48,274 nt of DNA from an uncultured Bacilli bacterium. GTDB taxonomy: Bacteria; Bacillota_I; Bacilli_A; RF39; UBA660. Made by a program: the position numbers and the translations under genes. The DNA lies in contig CANRDD010000003.1 in assembly GCA_947629305.1 (NCBI GenBank), positions 1 to 48,274 of the forward strand, read 5' to 3'. Below are positions 46,343 through 48,274 of this stretch, in pieces; positions within the stretch are counted from its first letter, which is position 1, and each line of letters opens with the position of its first letter. The notes beneath the pieces were generated by a model. That model was given only the letters and a program-made list of their open reading frames with translations, searched no databases and had not been told where the DNA came from.

Positions 46343-47935
46343 GTGATGAAAAAAACATCTAAAAAATTAGATTTAGTAAGACTGATAGGAGGGTGTGCTT
46401 CATTAATAGGTTTTATTCTCTTAGTAATTGGAGCTTTTTTAACTGGTAATGCTAGAATTATTTTAGCTATAATTGGTTTTGTTTTATTTTTAGCTGGTGG
46501 TTTTGTTTTTACAGCTAGATGTGAAAAACATACGATGGCTAAAATGTTATTATTCTTAATATTAGCAACAGCTATATTAACTTGGTTAATTCCTTATGGT
46601 TTCTTTAATGGCTTAGATTTTTATGATTATGGCTTAGAAAGAGTAGGACTTGTTAACCTTGGTTTACTTTTACATTCTTCCATTAATTGGAATTTTGAAA
46701 GTGTTATATTCTTATTTGTTGTCGCTGGTTTCTATGGCATTTTAGGAAGAACTAATGGTTATAAAAAATTAGTTAATACTATTGCTAATAAGTTAAAAAA
46801 ATACCCTTTAGTGGTAGCTATTATAACTTCATTAATTATTACAGCTTTAACATCAATGTTTACTGATACATTTGCGATGTTTATTATTGTTCCATTCTTT
46901 GTTTCGATATTATTAAGTATGAAACTAGATAAATTAACAACTTTTGCTATTACTTTTGGATCAATGTTAATTGGTGCTATTGGAGCTACTTATGGAACAG
47001 AAAGTTTATTAAACTTTAGTTATAATTTATCAGTAGAAAAAATAACAACTGGTATAGCTTATAGATTAATTATTTTATTAGTAGCTTACTTCTTATTTAA
47101 CTTCTTTATATGTATGCGTATTAAAAAAGTTAATAAAGAAAAAGTAAATGAAGAAGTAGAAAATACTTTATTTACAGTGGAAAATACGAAAGATAAAACT
47201 AGTATGATTCCGGCTTTAGTAATTCTTCTTGTTGTATTTATTATTACCATATTAGGATTTATTGACTGGAAAACTAATTTTAACATTACAGTATTTGAAG
47301 ACTTACATAATTCTATATATAATGCGCAAATTGGCGATGTTCCAATTATGCAATATTTATTAAGTCAAACTAATTCTCAAGGTAATACAGAAGCACTTGC
47401 TTTTGGAACATTTATGCTAAGAACAATAGAAATAGTATTAGTTTTAGCTTCTTTACTAATGGGCTTACTATATCGGGTTAAATTTAATGAAATGTTAGAT
47501 GCAGCTTATGAAGGTATAAAGAAAATGTTTAAACCAATTATCTTCTATTTTGGCGCGGGTATTGTTTATTTAATTATAGCTTCATCTCCATTTACATTTA
47601 CTCTATGTAATTGGATTCTAAATGCTGTTGATGGATTTAATCCATATTTAACTACTGTTGTTGCATCTATTACATCATTATTCCATTTAGATACTGGATT
47701 TACAGCTTATTACTTAGGTTCTTTCTTAAGTACAGCTTATGCTAGTGACTTTAATTTAGTATATACAATATTTGTATCTATGTTTGGTTTAGTTCATATG
47801 ATAGCTCCAACTAGTATCTTTATGTTAATAGGATTAAGTTTAATGAAAGTAGATTACAAAGACTGGTTAAAATATATTTGGTTATTTGTAATTGGAATGC
47901 TTGTTATCTTATTAGTATTATTTACAGTATTATAA
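46343..47935 (+). CDS. YfcC-like multi-pass transporter
   Basis: ILTWLIPYG near the N-terminus, APTS..LMIGL..YKDWLKY near the C-terminus; many TMs. Confidence 0.65.
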   Translation: MMKKTSKKLDLVRLIGGCASLIGFILLVIGAFLTGNARIILAIIGFVLFLAGGFVFTARCEKHTMAKMLLFLILATAILTWLIPYGFFNGLDFYDYGLERVGLVNLGLLLHSSINWNFESVIFLFVVAGFYGILGRTNGYKKLVNTIANKLKKYPLVVAIITSLIITALTSMFTDTFAMFIIVPFFVSILLSMKLDKLTTFAITFGSMLIGAIGATYGTESLLNFSYNLSVEKITTGIAYRLIILLVAYFLFNFFICMRIKKVNKEKVNEEVENTLFTVENTKDKTSMIPALVILLVVFIITILGFIDWKTNFNITVFEDLHNSIYNAQIGDVPIMQYLLSQTNSQGNTEALAFGTFMLRTIEIVLVLASLLMGLLYRVKFNEMLDAAYEGIKKMFKPIIFYFGAGIVYLIIASSPFTFTLCNWILNAVDGFNPYLTTVVASITSLFHLDTGFTAYYLGSFLSTAYASDFNLVYTIFVSMFGLVHMIAPTSIFMLIGLSLMKVDYKDWLKYIWLFVIGMLVILLVLFTVL

Positions 47936-47941
47936 TAAAAC

Positions 47942-47973
47942 AAAAGTCTTAAGATTATATCTTAGGACTTTTT
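47942..47973. terminator. Intrinsic terminator
   Basis: AAAAGTCTTAAGAT..ATCTTAGGACTTTTT. Confidence 0.65.
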
Positions 47974-48105
47974 ATTTTGTAAATAATTGTAAAATATGTA
48001 AAGTGATAAAATTTATTCTTGCATTTTAATATATATATATATACTAATACTAGGAAAGGCACATCAAGGTACTTTACACATTTCCTAGAAAAGAGAGCAT
48101 ATATT

Positions 48106-48274
48106 ATGAAAGAAAAAAAGAATTTAGCTTTAATTATAGTAACACTTGGCATAGTTTTAGCAGCTATAATAGGTGCTACATTTGCCTACTTCACAGCTCA
48201 ATTAGGTGATGGAGCAGAATCGGATATTAATGCCTCTTCAGGAAGAACAGAATCATTAATGTTTGAAAAAACAG
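48106..48274 (+). CDS. Partial gene with SipW-type signal peptide (TasA/camelysin-like), runs off the window
   Basis: MKEKKNLALIIVTLGIVLAAIIGATFAYFTAQ..; GxTFAYF motif. Confidence 0.7.
   Translation, partial: MKEKKNLALIIVTLGIVLAAIIGATFAYFTAQLGDGAESDINASSGRTESLMFEKT

Noticed and set aside
47955..48152. 65-aa minus-strand ORF and other short antisense ORFs inside uvrA, era, yqfD, tadC and others
   Set aside because: They lie opposite well-supported genes and lack RBS or motifs.

Overview
AT-rich (roughly 25% GC by eye), standard-code chromosomal segment of a monoderm Bacillota. It looks like a reduced-genome gut Bacilli lineage such as RF39, but that taxonomy is inference only. (1) 146-15358 is a 14-gene, all-plus-strand Tad/Flp-like surface-appendage locus. 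It has CpaB/RcpC, TadA ATPase, TadB, TadC and a degenerate TadZ, plus unusual parts: four small pilin-like proteins lacking the normal class III G|xxxxE motif, two paralogous VirB2/TrbC-like two-helix proteins, a 1234-aa Cys-rich secreted protein, a pilin-like protein fused to SH3 and a VanX-type M15 peptidase, and a poly-Asn stalked protein. This is the best candidate for an undescribed system. (2) The housekeeping backbone is uvrA, Y-family polymerase + YolD, lgt, a CxxC-less TrxB homolog, PFOR, recG, rpsU-yqeY-yqfC-yqfD-vanZ-ybeY-dgkA-era-yqzL, lysS and a YfcC-like transporter. (3) Two integrase-free toxin-antitoxin islets sit at the 3' ends of uvrA (Panacea TA) and recG (candidate sRNA, Fic, AbiEi, AbiEii broken by a 5-bp duplication). 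Each is bounded by a direct repeat of the host gene's last bases. (4) Sporulation genes gerM, gerE, an orphan spoIIIAH and yqfC/D carry sigE/sigK-like promoters. (5) There is a C39-peptidase ABC exporter with two unannotated double-glycine peptides. (6) A class B sortase with a large N-terminal extension lies beside an IPSTG substrate. Two candidate ~100-nt sRNAs flank recG. No rRNA, tRNA, CRISPR, transposase or integrase was seen. All calls are from motif reading by eye; no database searches were run.
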